Source: an uncultured Planctomycetales bacterium
Lineage (GTDB): Bacteria; Omnitrophota; Gorgyraeia; Gygaellales; Profunditerraquicolaceae
Direction of reading: 5' to 3'
DNA: 64,000 bases
Assembly (NCBI GenBank): GCA_964593005.1
Contig: CAZQGT010000002.1
Span: 13,324 to 77,323 of the forward strand
The notes below the pieces were generated by a model that saw only the letters and a list, made by a program, of their open reading frames with translations, did not search any database and had not been told where the DNA came from. Numbering within the stretch: position 1 is the first letter of the stretch; every line of letters starts with the position of its first letter. Positions 19,452-27,610 of this stretch are shown piece by piece. The translations under genes were made by a program, and so were the position numbers.

Positions 19452-20489
19452 ATGTCTCTTAAAAAACAATTATCTATCGGCGTCATTGGGATTGGTCACT
19501 GGGGCCCAAATATAGTGCGCAATTTTGCAAATCATCAAAGGGTGCAGCTTCGTTATGTCTGCGATATTGATGAAAGAAAACTCAAACGAGTTTCGAATTT
19601 AATTACTAAGGAATGCCGTTGTGTTACTGATGCCTCAGAGATATTCAACGATGCAAATGTGGATGCAGTTGCGATTGTTTCTCCGGCGTCAACTCATTAC
19701 GCCTTGGTAAAGAAGGCTATGCTTGCGAAGAAACATGTTTATTGTGAAAAACCATTAACTTTAAATGTTAAGGAAACCGAAGAACTGTGCAAATTAGCCG
19801 AAACCTCAAAGCGGAAACTCATGGTAGCTTTTACTTTCCTTTTTAATAATGGAGTGAGGCAGCTCAAGAAGTTGAAAGATTCCGGCGTTTTAGGTAAGTT
19901 ATATTATCTTACATCGATACGTACACATATGGGGCTTGTTCGAGATGATGTGGATGTTGTCTGGGATTTGGCCCCTCATGACGTATCTATTATAAACTAT
20001 TTGCTTGGCTCTATGCCCAAAAAGGTCTTGGCTACAGGAGCAAAACCTTTGGGAGGAAAGCATTATGATGTTGCTTTTATAAGCCTTTACTATCCTAATG
20101 GGGTAATGGGGCAGATCTGTGTAAGTTGGGTTGATTCAAATAAGGAGAGAGTGGTGCGTATTATTGGAAGTAAGGCGCGGGCAGAATTTAATGATTTAGA
20201 TAACTTAGAACCGGTGCGTATTTTTAAGAAAGGTATTTCTGTGGTAGATCGCAGCGAAGCCGATTTTGGTAAATTTCGGTTTCTTTTACGCGACGGTGAT
20301 ATTATTAGCCCTAAAACAAATATGTCGGAACCGCTTAGCGAGATGGTTAATTCTTTCGTAGGGGCTGTTTTGGATGAAAAAGAGATTATTTCTGATGGTA
20401 AGTACGCTTTAGATGTTACAAAGACTATTGTAGCTATTCAAAAATCGTTATCATCTGGGGCTATACAGGAGGTAGTAAATGGGAGCTAA
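19452..20489 (+). CDS. Gfo/Idh/MocA-family NAD-binding oxidoreductase (WbpB-like sugar dehydrogenase candidate)
   Basis: N-terminal Rossmann [22 protein letters not shown] motif in YCEKPLT. Confidence 0.7.
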   Translation: MSLKKQLSIGVIGIGHWGPNIVRNFANHQRVQLRYVCDIDERKLKRVSNLITKECRCVTDASEIFNDANVDAVAIVSPASTHYALVKKAMLAKKHVYCEKPLTLNVKETEELCKLAETSKRKLMVAFTFLFNNGVRQLKKLKDSGVLGKLYYLTSIRTHMGLVRDDVDVVWDLAPHDVSIINYLLGSMPKKVLATGAKPLGGKHYDVAFISLYYPNGVMGQICVSWVDSNKERVVRIIGSKARAEFNDLDNLEPVRIFKKGISVVDRSEADFGKFRFLLRDGDIISPKTNMSEPLSEMVNSFVGAVLDEKEIISDGKYALDVTKTIVAIQKSLSSGAIQEVVNGS

Positions 20490-21006
20490 GATGAATGTGC
20501 GTGTAGGCAAGTACTGCACAATTTCTAAAGATGTAGAATTTGGCAAGAATGTTATTGTTCATGGGCATACTAATTTATATGGCTGTCAGATAGGGGATAA
20601 TTGTAGTATTGGGAAGTTCGTGGAAATTCAACGCGATGCAAGGATAGGGAATCGTGTGCGTGTACAATCTCATACTTTTATCTGCTCAGGCGTTATTATT
20701 GAGGATGATGTTTTTATCGGTCACAATGTAAGTTTTGTAAATGATCGTTATCCAACAGTTTCAAAAGCCGTTAGCGGAACGTGGAAACTTGAAGAGAGCA
20801 AGATAAAGCATGGCGTAAGCATTGGCAGCGGATGCGTTATACTTTGTGGCATAGAAATCGGGGAGGGGGCGGTAGTTGGTGCCGGTAGCGTTGTGACTAA
20901 AGATGTACCGCCTCATGTTATCGTGGCAGGGGTGCCTGCCAGGATTATGCGCTCATTAACTCCTGATGAATATTGGCGCGGAGGTTATCCGCAAGGTAAT
21001 GAGTGA
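20479..21006 (+). CDS. Hexapeptide-repeat (left-handed beta-helix) acyl/acetyltransferase, WbpD/PglD-like
   Basis: Imperfect [LIV]GxxxxI hexapeptide repeats run throughout ([51 protein letters not shown]). Confidence 0.65.
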   Translation: MGAKMNVRVGKYCTISKDVEFGKNVIVHGHTNLYGCQIGDNCSIGKFVEIQRDARIGNRVRVQSHTFICSGVIIEDDVFIGHNVSFVNDRYPTVSKAVSGTWKLEESKIKHGVSIGSGCVILCGIEIGEGAVVGAGSVVTKDVPPHVIVAGVPARIMRSLTPDEYWRGGYPQGNE

Positions 21007-21057
21007 GACGAGCCCTCGCAGCATTAACTGTTTATCTTATAGATCTAGTAAAATTTT

Positions 21058-21777
21058 ATGAGCAAAAAGAGCATTTCAATTATAATACCGGCTTGTAACG
21101 AAGAGCAAGGTATTGAAAGCGCTGTACTGCATAATATCGAAACATTTAAAGCGCTGGACTTTGACTTTGAGGTAATTATTGTTAATGATAAAAGCGAAGA
21201 CAGAACCGGTGAAATCGCGGAATCATTAGCCAGCCGATATCCCAATATTAAGGTTTTTCATCATGATAGTAATCAAGGTAGCGGCGCTGCTTTTAAGACA
21301 GGTGTTGCTTGGGCTAGGAAAGATTATGTAGTATTTGTTCCTATTGATAATCCGCTGGACATAGAAGATTTACAGGCTTACCTTTTTCGGCTCGATGTCT
21401 GCGATATTGTGGTTGGTGTTCGTATACAGAGAGTAGGATATAGCAGTTTTGCTCTTTTTGCCTCTTTCGTCTATAACCGGATATTTATACCATTGTTTTT
21501 TAATATTGGCCTTGAAGACGCTAATTGGATAAGTTTTTACCGCCGTGATCTTTTTACCAGCGGTATTATCAGCTTTAACAGTAAAAGTATTTTTTGGCTA
21601 GTTGAAATACTGATTCGGGCCAGAAGGAGGCGCTTAATTATTGTTGAGGTACCCAGCAAGATGAAGAAACGCATGCATGGTAGAGCTACCTGCACCCGCC
21701 CTCAAGTTATGATTCAAACATTTATCGAAATGATTAAGTTTTTCCGGATGATACGAAAGGAAGATAGAAGGCGATGA
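21058..21777 (+). CDS. GT2 glycosyltransferase, DPM1/GtrB-like polyprenyl-phosphate sugar synthase type
   Basis: ISIIIPACNEEQGIE and VIIVNDKSEDRT in the GT-A N-terminus. The C-terminal ...VEVPSKMKKRMHG matches the DPM1-like E.P...R..G.SK region. Confidence 0.6.
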   Translation: MSKKSISIIIPACNEEQGIESAVLHNIETFKALDFDFEVIIVNDKSEDRTGEIAESLASRYPNIKVFHHDSNQGSGAAFKTGVAWARKDYVVFVPIDNPLDIEDLQAYLFRLDVCDIVVGVRIQRVGYSSFALFASFVYNRIFIPLFFNIGLEDANWISFYRRDLFTSGIISFNSKSIFWLVEILIRARRRRLIIVEVPSKMKKRMHGRATCTRPQVMIQTFIEMIKFFRMIRKEDRRR

Positions 21778-23450
21778 GATGTGTATTTGTGGCTATCGGG
21801 TGGGAAAATATTGCTCTTCAAGCGTTATCGGCCATGTTAAAAAAACACGGCCATGAGGTGCACTTAGTCTATGATCAGGCCCTTTTTGATGATAAGAACT
21901 ATCTTTGTATTAAATGGCTGGCTAGGTTGTTTGATCAAAGGAGTTTGATCATTCAACGAATTATGGAACTAGAGCCCGATTTAGTAGGTTTTCATGTGCA
22001 AACCATACAATATCAGCAAATGCATAACTTGGCCGCTGATTTAAAAAAGTATTATAATGTTCCGGTAATTTTTGGAGGTATACATCCTTACTCTGCGCCG
22101 GATCAGGTTTTGCTGTCTGATGATCCGTCGGTGGATATGATCTGCCTTGGGGAAGGGGAATATCCGCTTTTGGAATTATGTAACAGTATAGATAAGGGCA
22201 AAATAGATTACGCCATTAAGAACCTTTGGTTTCGGCTTGAAGATAGCTCGATTATTAAGAATGAACTGCGCCCGCTTATAGATGATATTGACAGCTTGCC
22301 TACTATAGATAAGGAATTATTCGCCTCTCATGTTCCCATAAAATATTCTTATCTTTCTTGTCCGGCCCGGGGTTGCCTGTTTGATTGTAATTATTGTTCG
22401 CTTTCATTTTTGGGTAAAGAAGCCAAGCGGCTTAAGGGGCCAAAGGTAAGGCAGCTGTCGGTTGATACATTGATAAATGAACTTAAGCAACATATATTGA
22501 AATATGGATCGGCTTGGATAGATTTTCGTCAACCGTTAATGTCAACAAACGAGAAATGGACCGTCGAATTTTTTACCCGGTACAAAAAGGAGATTAGGCT
22601 GCCGTTTAGATGCTTTAGTCACCCTCTGCTTATTACTGAACCGTCTGTTCGGGTAATGAAAGAGGCTGGATGTTTTGCCATTCAGATAGGTATTGAGTGC
22701 TGGGATGAAGAAATTCGTCATAAGGTTATAAACCGTTGCGAATTGAATGAAGATATCCGGAAAGCCACGGAGATACTTGAACGCGTTGGACAATATTACG
22801 CTTATGACTACATACTCGGCTTACCGCGGCTTCCCAAGACCTTAGCCGATGGCTCTACTGCTGCGTTATCGCAAGAAGAAACCCTGGAATCTATTGAGAA
22901 GGAGCTTATGGGTTTTGCGCAATTTCTTGCGCCGCTTAAGTACTGTTATCGTATTGCCCCGTTTATGATTCAATATATGCCTAAAACCGAGCTAATTCAG
23001 CATGGTATAAACGCCGGCGATTTGAGTTGTCGGGAGATCCAGCGGCTCCAGGAAGGGCTTCATGATAATTATATGTCCGGTGGTTCTATGGTTATGAATC
23101 CAAAACGTTTGCGTCTTTTAAATGGTTATCGGGCGATGTTTAGATTAATGAGTTTTTTATCACCCCGGGCAAAACAGTTATTGATAAAGTTTAAAGTATA
23201 TAAAATATTCTGGATGGCGCCGTTTCGCTTGTTTATGACTGTTCTGGATATTATGATTGCGGTTCGCGACAAGGATGCAACCACATATGTTAAAAACTAC
23301 TACTGGTGGTTTAGGAAGCGGTTTGATAGTAAGTATCATCTATATATGTTCAAAAGGCCTAAAAAGCATCAAGTGCTTTCAGATGCCCCTTTTCAACTTC
23401 CCCGGGATGGCATTCTTGGGAGAAAAACCGCGCATGGATATGAGAGGTAA
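21774..23450 (+). CDS. B12-binding-domain radical SAM protein (class B)
   Basis: N-terminal MRCVFVAIGWENIALQALSAMLKKHGHEVHLV, cobalamin-domain-like. Radical SAM triad GCLFDCNYCSLSF. Confidence 0.65.
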   Translation: MRCVFVAIGWENIALQALSAMLKKHGHEVHLVYDQALFDDKNYLCIKWLARLFDQRSLIIQRIMELEPDLVGFHVQTIQYQQMHNLAADLKKYYNVPVIFGGIHPYSAPDQVLLSDDPSVDMICLGEGEYPLLELCNSIDKGKIDYAIKNLWFRLEDSSIIKNELRPLIDDIDSLPTIDKELFASHVPIKYSYLSCPARGCLFDCNYCSLSFLGKEAKRLKGPKVRQLSVDTLINELKQHILKYGSAWIDFRQPLMSTNEKWTVEFFTRYKKEIRLPFRCFSHPLLITEPSVRVMKEAGCFAIQIGIECWDEEIRHKVINRCELNEDIRKATEILERVGQYYAYDYILGLPRLPKTLADGSTAALSQEETLESIEKELMGFAQFLAPLKYCYRIAPFMIQYMPKTELIQHGINAGDLSCREIQRLQEGLHDNYMSGGSMVMNPKRLRLLNGYRAMFRLMSFLSPRAKQLLIKFKVYKIFWMAPFRLFMTVLDIMIAVRDKDATTYVKNYYWWFRKRFDSKYHLYMFKRPKKHQVLSDAPFQLPRDGILGRKTAHGYER

Positions 23451-23461
23451 GGGTATAGAAT

Positions 23462-24346
23462 TTGGATTGTTTAAAAAGAGAAGTGAAAGTGAATTTTTCC
23501 AGCCTCGATTCATCAAAATTAAAGTTTATTGAGTGTGTCTGTGATCTCTGCGGGAATAAAGAGAGTCAAGTTATTTATTCTGTCTATTTTCTTGGCCTAA
23601 AGTTCTGTTTTGTCCGCTGTTGCGTTTGTGGATTGGTCTATCAAAGCCCCGTTTTGGATAAAGAGAGCCTGAAAAATATATATGAAACGCTGGAATACTG
23701 GGAACATAAAGGCTCCGCCAATTCCACTATGCTTAATTATTATTCTTACTTTGAAGAGGAAGATATGCGCCGGCGTACTGCGGATATCCGAATCAATTGG
23801 ATGGCGCCATACTTGCCGAAAGGTGCCCGCGTATTGGATTTGGGTTGTTCGGATGGCCTTTTTGTTGATGTCCTTGCGAAATCCGGATATCGAGCCTCTG
23901 GCATAGACGTAAGCAGTGCGATGGTTTCTTATGGACGCAAAATTTATTCGGTTAATATTTTCCGGGCAGATTTTGAAGAGGATTGGCCGTTTACTGAACC
24001 CTTTGATGCTATTAGCTGCTATGCGACCCTGTCAAATATTGTTAATCCCTCGCGGGTTTTTGCCAATGTACATAAACATTTGCGGCCTGGCGGTTACTTT
24101 TTCTTCAATTTTGGTTCTTATGACCGGTTAATATCGAGATTTCTGAGAAGCCGTCTCTATCTTTACCGCCCTACCGTTTGTACTATCTATTCAAAAAAGA
24201 CCGTAACTGATTATTGCCATAATCATAACCTTAAAATCTTGAAGATATTTAATGATCTGCAGGTTGTTCCCCTTGCGCGTCTTTTAGGTTTTTTCGTATT
24301 CCGGGTTGTCTTAGTTTATTTAAGCGTCTTGGGCTTGAGAAAATGA
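23462..24346 (+). CDS. Class I SAM-dependent methyltransferase with N-terminal Cys-rich zinc-ribbon
   Basis: CVCDLCGN...CCVCG N-terminus. Motif I RVLDLGCSDGLFVDVLAKSGYRASGIDVS. LRPGGYFFF. Confidence 0.6.
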   Translation: MDCLKREVKVNFSSLDSSKLKFIECVCDLCGNKESQVIYSVYFLGLKFCFVRCCVCGLVYQSPVLDKESLKNIYETLEYWEHKGSANSTMLNYYSYFEEEDMRRRTADIRINWMAPYLPKGARVLDLGCSDGLFVDVLAKSGYRASGIDVSSAMVSYGRKIYSVNIFRADFEEDWPFTEPFDAISCYATLSNIVNPSRVFANVHKHLRPGGYFFFNFGSYDRLISRFLRSRLYLYRPTVCTIYSKKTVTDYCHNHNLKILKIFNDLQVVPLARLLGFFVFRVVLVYLSVLGLRK

Positions 24347-24527
24347 AGTTACGAATGACGCTATTAACGGGATATGCGGCGTATGCTATCCGCGGGGATT
24401 GAATCGCGCCGATATCGACAGGTAAAGTTATTTTGGTTTGATAATATGGGCGGGTATAGCCGGAACAGTCATTCGGTTGCTCTTTTGATTAAAAAAGAGA
24501 AAGATTCTTATTAGGCAGGTAGATTCC

Positions 24528-24555
24528 TTGAAAATTTTGAACTTAGTCTAAAAAT
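24528..24555 (+). promoter_or_regulatory. Candidate sigma70-like promoter in the 235-bp gap
   Basis: TTGAAA at 24528-33. An A/T-rich -10-like TAAAAAT at 24549-55. GGAGA ribosome-binding site before the ATG at 24582. The spacing is non-canonical, so this is weak. Confidence 0.15.
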
Positions 24556-24581
24556 AGCTTAACGGAGAAAATTAAGAAGAA

Positions 24582-26039
24582 ATGAAAATTATACTTATAA
24601 ATCCTCCACGCTTTAAGGATACTGAATGCATAGCGCCTTCATATATGTTTGATTATGGGTTTAATTATCCTCCTCTTGGTCTTTTATATTTGGCCTCTAA
24701 CCTAAAAGGAAATCATGAATGTAAGATTATCGATGCCCTTGCGTTAAAATATTCTCCATATGATTGTTTGAATGAAATAAAAGAATATAAGCCTTTGATC
24801 GTTGGTATGACTGTATTTACGGATTCACTTTATTCATGCCAATTCCTCTCTAGATTAATCAAAGATTATGATCGCAACATTAAGATTATTTGGGGCGGCC
24901 CTCATGTCAACATATACCCCCGAGAAAGTATTGAGCTGCCTGCTATAGATTACGTTTTAACAGGTTTTTCTGAAAACAGCTTTTCCTATCTTGTTAATGC
25001 TCTGGATAACGAACATTCTGATATGCCTAGGGTGTTTGAAAATATTCCAGGGTTGTGGTGGGCTAATAATAAGAACATATTTATCTCTAAATCTAATATT
25101 GATAAAGATTGGAATATAAATGCGTTAAAAAGGCCTAATCGCAAATTACTTGATTTAGATAAGTACTTTACTGCTGCAAATAATAAGAAAATTACAACAA
25201 TCGTTTCATCAAGGGGGTGTCCTTTCGTTTGTACTTTTTGCGACGTTTTCGAGAAACGTTTTCTCGAAAGAGATGCTTCTGATATTATTGATGAACTCAA
25301 AGATATTATTGATCTTGGTATTAGCGAGGTTAATTTCTTTGATGATTGCTTTAATTTGAAAAGAGAAAGGGTGATGCAATTATGTCAGCTGATTATCGAT
25401 AATAAACTGAAATTTGAATGGAGTTTTAGAGGCAGAATAGAGCCTTGCGATGAAGAACTAACCAGATTGCTATATAATTCTGGTTGCCGGCGGGTTCAAC
25501 TCGGCGTTGAAGGAAGCGACCAGGAAACCATAAATAGAATCAATAAGAAAATAAATATTGAAAAGTTGCCTAAGATATTAAAAACTTACAGACAAAGCGG
25601 TATTAAGACAATGGGGTATTTTATTATCGGTTTTCCTTTTCAGAGATATGAAGATTGCGTTGTTTCATGTAAAAAAATTATTAATATGGGGTTTGATTAT
25701 ATCAATATGTTCATCTTGATTCCTTACCCTAATACTTCTATTTACAAAGAGCTGCTTACTCAAGGTATTATCAAAAGAGATCAGTGGCATGAATATGCTG
25801 TTAATCCGCGGCCTTATTTTAAGTTAGAACGATGGCATCCATATATAGAGAGGGAGGTGCTTGAGGTTTTAATGGATAAATATTATGGAAAGTTTTATTT
25901 ATCGCCAAGGCGTATATTTTCAGAGTTTAAAGGTATTCGATCATTGAATAGCTTAATACATAAATCGAAGATGGCCATGGGTATTATCAAAGGCTGCCTT
26001 CATAACAAAACCAGAAATTCAACTTCTGTTGGTTCCTAA
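24582..26039 (+). CDS. B12-binding-domain radical SAM protein (class B)
   Basis: MKIILINPPRF... is the typical class B N-terminus. Radical SAM triad SSRGCPFVCTFCDV. About 33-35% GC. Confidence 0.7.
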   Translation: MKIILINPPRFKDTECIAPSYMFDYGFNYPPLGLLYLASNLKGNHECKIIDALALKYSPYDCLNEIKEYKPLIVGMTVFTDSLYSCQFLSRLIKDYDRNIKIIWGGPHVNIYPRESIELPAIDYVLTGFSENSFSYLVNALDNEHSDMPRVFENIPGLWWANNKNIFISKSNIDKDWNINALKRPNRKLLDLDKYFTAANNKKITTIVSSRGCPFVCTFCDVFEKRFLERDASDIIDELKDIIDLGISEVNFFDDCFNLKRERVMQLCQLIIDNKLKFEWSFRGRIEPCDEELTRLLYNSGCRRVQLGVEGSDQETINRINKKINIEKLPKILKTYRQSGIKTMGYFIIGFPFQRYEDCVVSCKKIINMGFDYINMFILIPYPNTSIYKELLTQGIIKRDQWHEYAVNPRPYFKLERWHPYIEREVLEVLMDKYYGKFYLSPRRIFSEFKGIRSLNSLIHKSKMAMGIIKGCLHNKTRNSTSVGS

Positions 26040-26041
26040 AC

Positions 26042-27610
26042 ATGGTAAACCAGATTATATTTGTTTCTCCGCCAAATCTGCAACTGGGGCATTTCCACTC
26101 TTTTCTTCCTAGAGCTGTGCCATTTGGGGTAGGACTGTTGGCAGCCCGGATGCGCGCGCTAGGAGAACAGGTTCAGCTTTGGGATTTAGAGTTGCATAAT
26201 TATAGCGACGATGAGATTATGCGAGTTGTGCCTGATGGTGGCGCCGGAGTCATTTTTGGTATTAGCTGTATGACTCCAAATGCGGCCCAAGGTTATGCTT
26301 TCGCGCGGCGTATTCGGCAGATAGCGCCAGCTGTTCGGATAGTATTCGGCGGGATTCACCCCAGTGCGGTACCGGAAGAACCATTGTTGGAAGGTTGTGC
26401 TGATGTGGTAGTGCGCGGGGAAGGAGAAGAGGTTATTCCCGAACTTTTAATGCGATGGCGGAATTATAAGGAGGTGGCAGGACAACCGGGCGTTTCCTGT
26501 CGCGACGCGAGTGGGCAGATTATCCATGGACCATCAGCCCCCCCAATCCGGGATCTTGACGCATATCCGCCGTTTCCCTATGACCTTATCGATTTATCCA
26601 AATATCATCTTGGCCTGATTCAGACGTCCAGGGGGTGTCCTTACAATTGTATCTTCTGTAGTCAGCGGGTGATTACAGGCCGGCATTACCGTTACCATAA
26701 GACAGAGCGCGTCATCAGCGAGCTTGAGTTTCTCGTCAATCACTGCCATCAGACCTCGATTATGTTTGTCGACGATTTTTTTACAGCTGATCACCAACGT
26801 GTTACTGAATTGTGCGGTGAGATTCGACGAAGACGCCTGCATGAAAAGGTATGTTTTGGCGCCCAGACTCGCGCTGACAAATTAGATCGTAAAATTCTCC
26901 GAGAAATGCGCTCTTCCGGCTTTGAGAATCTTTCATTTGGTTTTGAAACAGCATCTGAAGCTATCATGACTCTTATTGATAAGAAAGAAACTATTGCCGA
27001 GATTGTTAGAGGTGTTCAGCTTGCACGCCAAGAGGATTTTAACGTTGAAGGGGTATTCATTTTTGGTTTTCCAGGGGAAACCATCGAGGATAGATTACGC
27101 TGTTTCCGCCTAGCGAGAGAGGTTGGGCTCGGACGAGTTCGGTTCAACAACGTTATCCCCTACCCGGGGTGCAGGCTTTTTAATATGGCAAAAAAAGAGG
27201 GGAGGCTTACTGTTCGTAAAAACTGGAGTAACTTTAATTCGGCAGGTGCTGTCAGCTCTCGCCTTGGGAGCAACTATGTTCTTCCTTATGTTCCTGAAGG
27301 TACGAAGGATGGGGCTCTTCAGGGCGATGTTTTATTGGCAAACATACTCTTTTATTTTGATCTGCGGAAGCTCGCTAAGATGGTGACTCCTAAACGAGAA
27401 CCTAGCGGTATAGGTTTTGAATTAACTTTTCGACAATTACTTAAGCCAGTTAAAATAGCTTGTTTTGTCTTCGCTATTGCTACGATGCTTTTGCGCACGT
27501 TGTGGTTTTTGTTGACTCAGAAAGAATGTCGGCGTTTTCTATGGTTGATATTAATTAGGCGTTTACCTGAGCTTGAGCTACCGGTCCGTGAGGCTTTAAA
27601 GGAGATTTAA
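26042..27610 (+). CDS. B12-binding-domain radical SAM protein (class B), with higher GC than its neighbours
   Basis: VNQIIFVSPPNLQ N-terminus. Radical SAM triad TSRGCPYNCIFCSQ. Visibly more GC-rich (about 50%) than the flanking genes. Confidence 0.7.
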   Translation: MVNQIIFVSPPNLQLGHFHSFLPRAVPFGVGLLAARMRALGEQVQLWDLELHNYSDDEIMRVVPDGGAGVIFGISCMTPNAAQGYAFARRIRQIAPAVRIVFGGIHPSAVPEEPLLEGCADVVVRGEGEEVIPELLMRWRNYKEVAGQPGVSCRDASGQIIHGPSAPPIRDLDAYPPFPYDLIDLSKYHLGLIQTSRGCPYNCIFCSQRVITGRHYRYHKTERVISELEFLVNHCHQTSIMFVDDFFTADHQRVTELCGEIRRRRLHEKVCFGAQTRADKLDRKILREMRSSGFENLSFGFETASEAIMTLIDKKETIAEIVRGVQLARQEDFNVEGVFIFGFPGETIEDRLRCFRLAREVGLGRVRFNNVIPYPGCRLFNMAKKEGRLTVRKNWSNFNSAGAVSSRLGSNYVLPYVPEGTKDGALQGDVLLANILFYFDLRKLAKMVTPKREPSGIGFELTFRQLLKPVKIACFVFAIATMLLRTLWFLLTQKECRRFLWLILIRRLPELELPVREALKEI

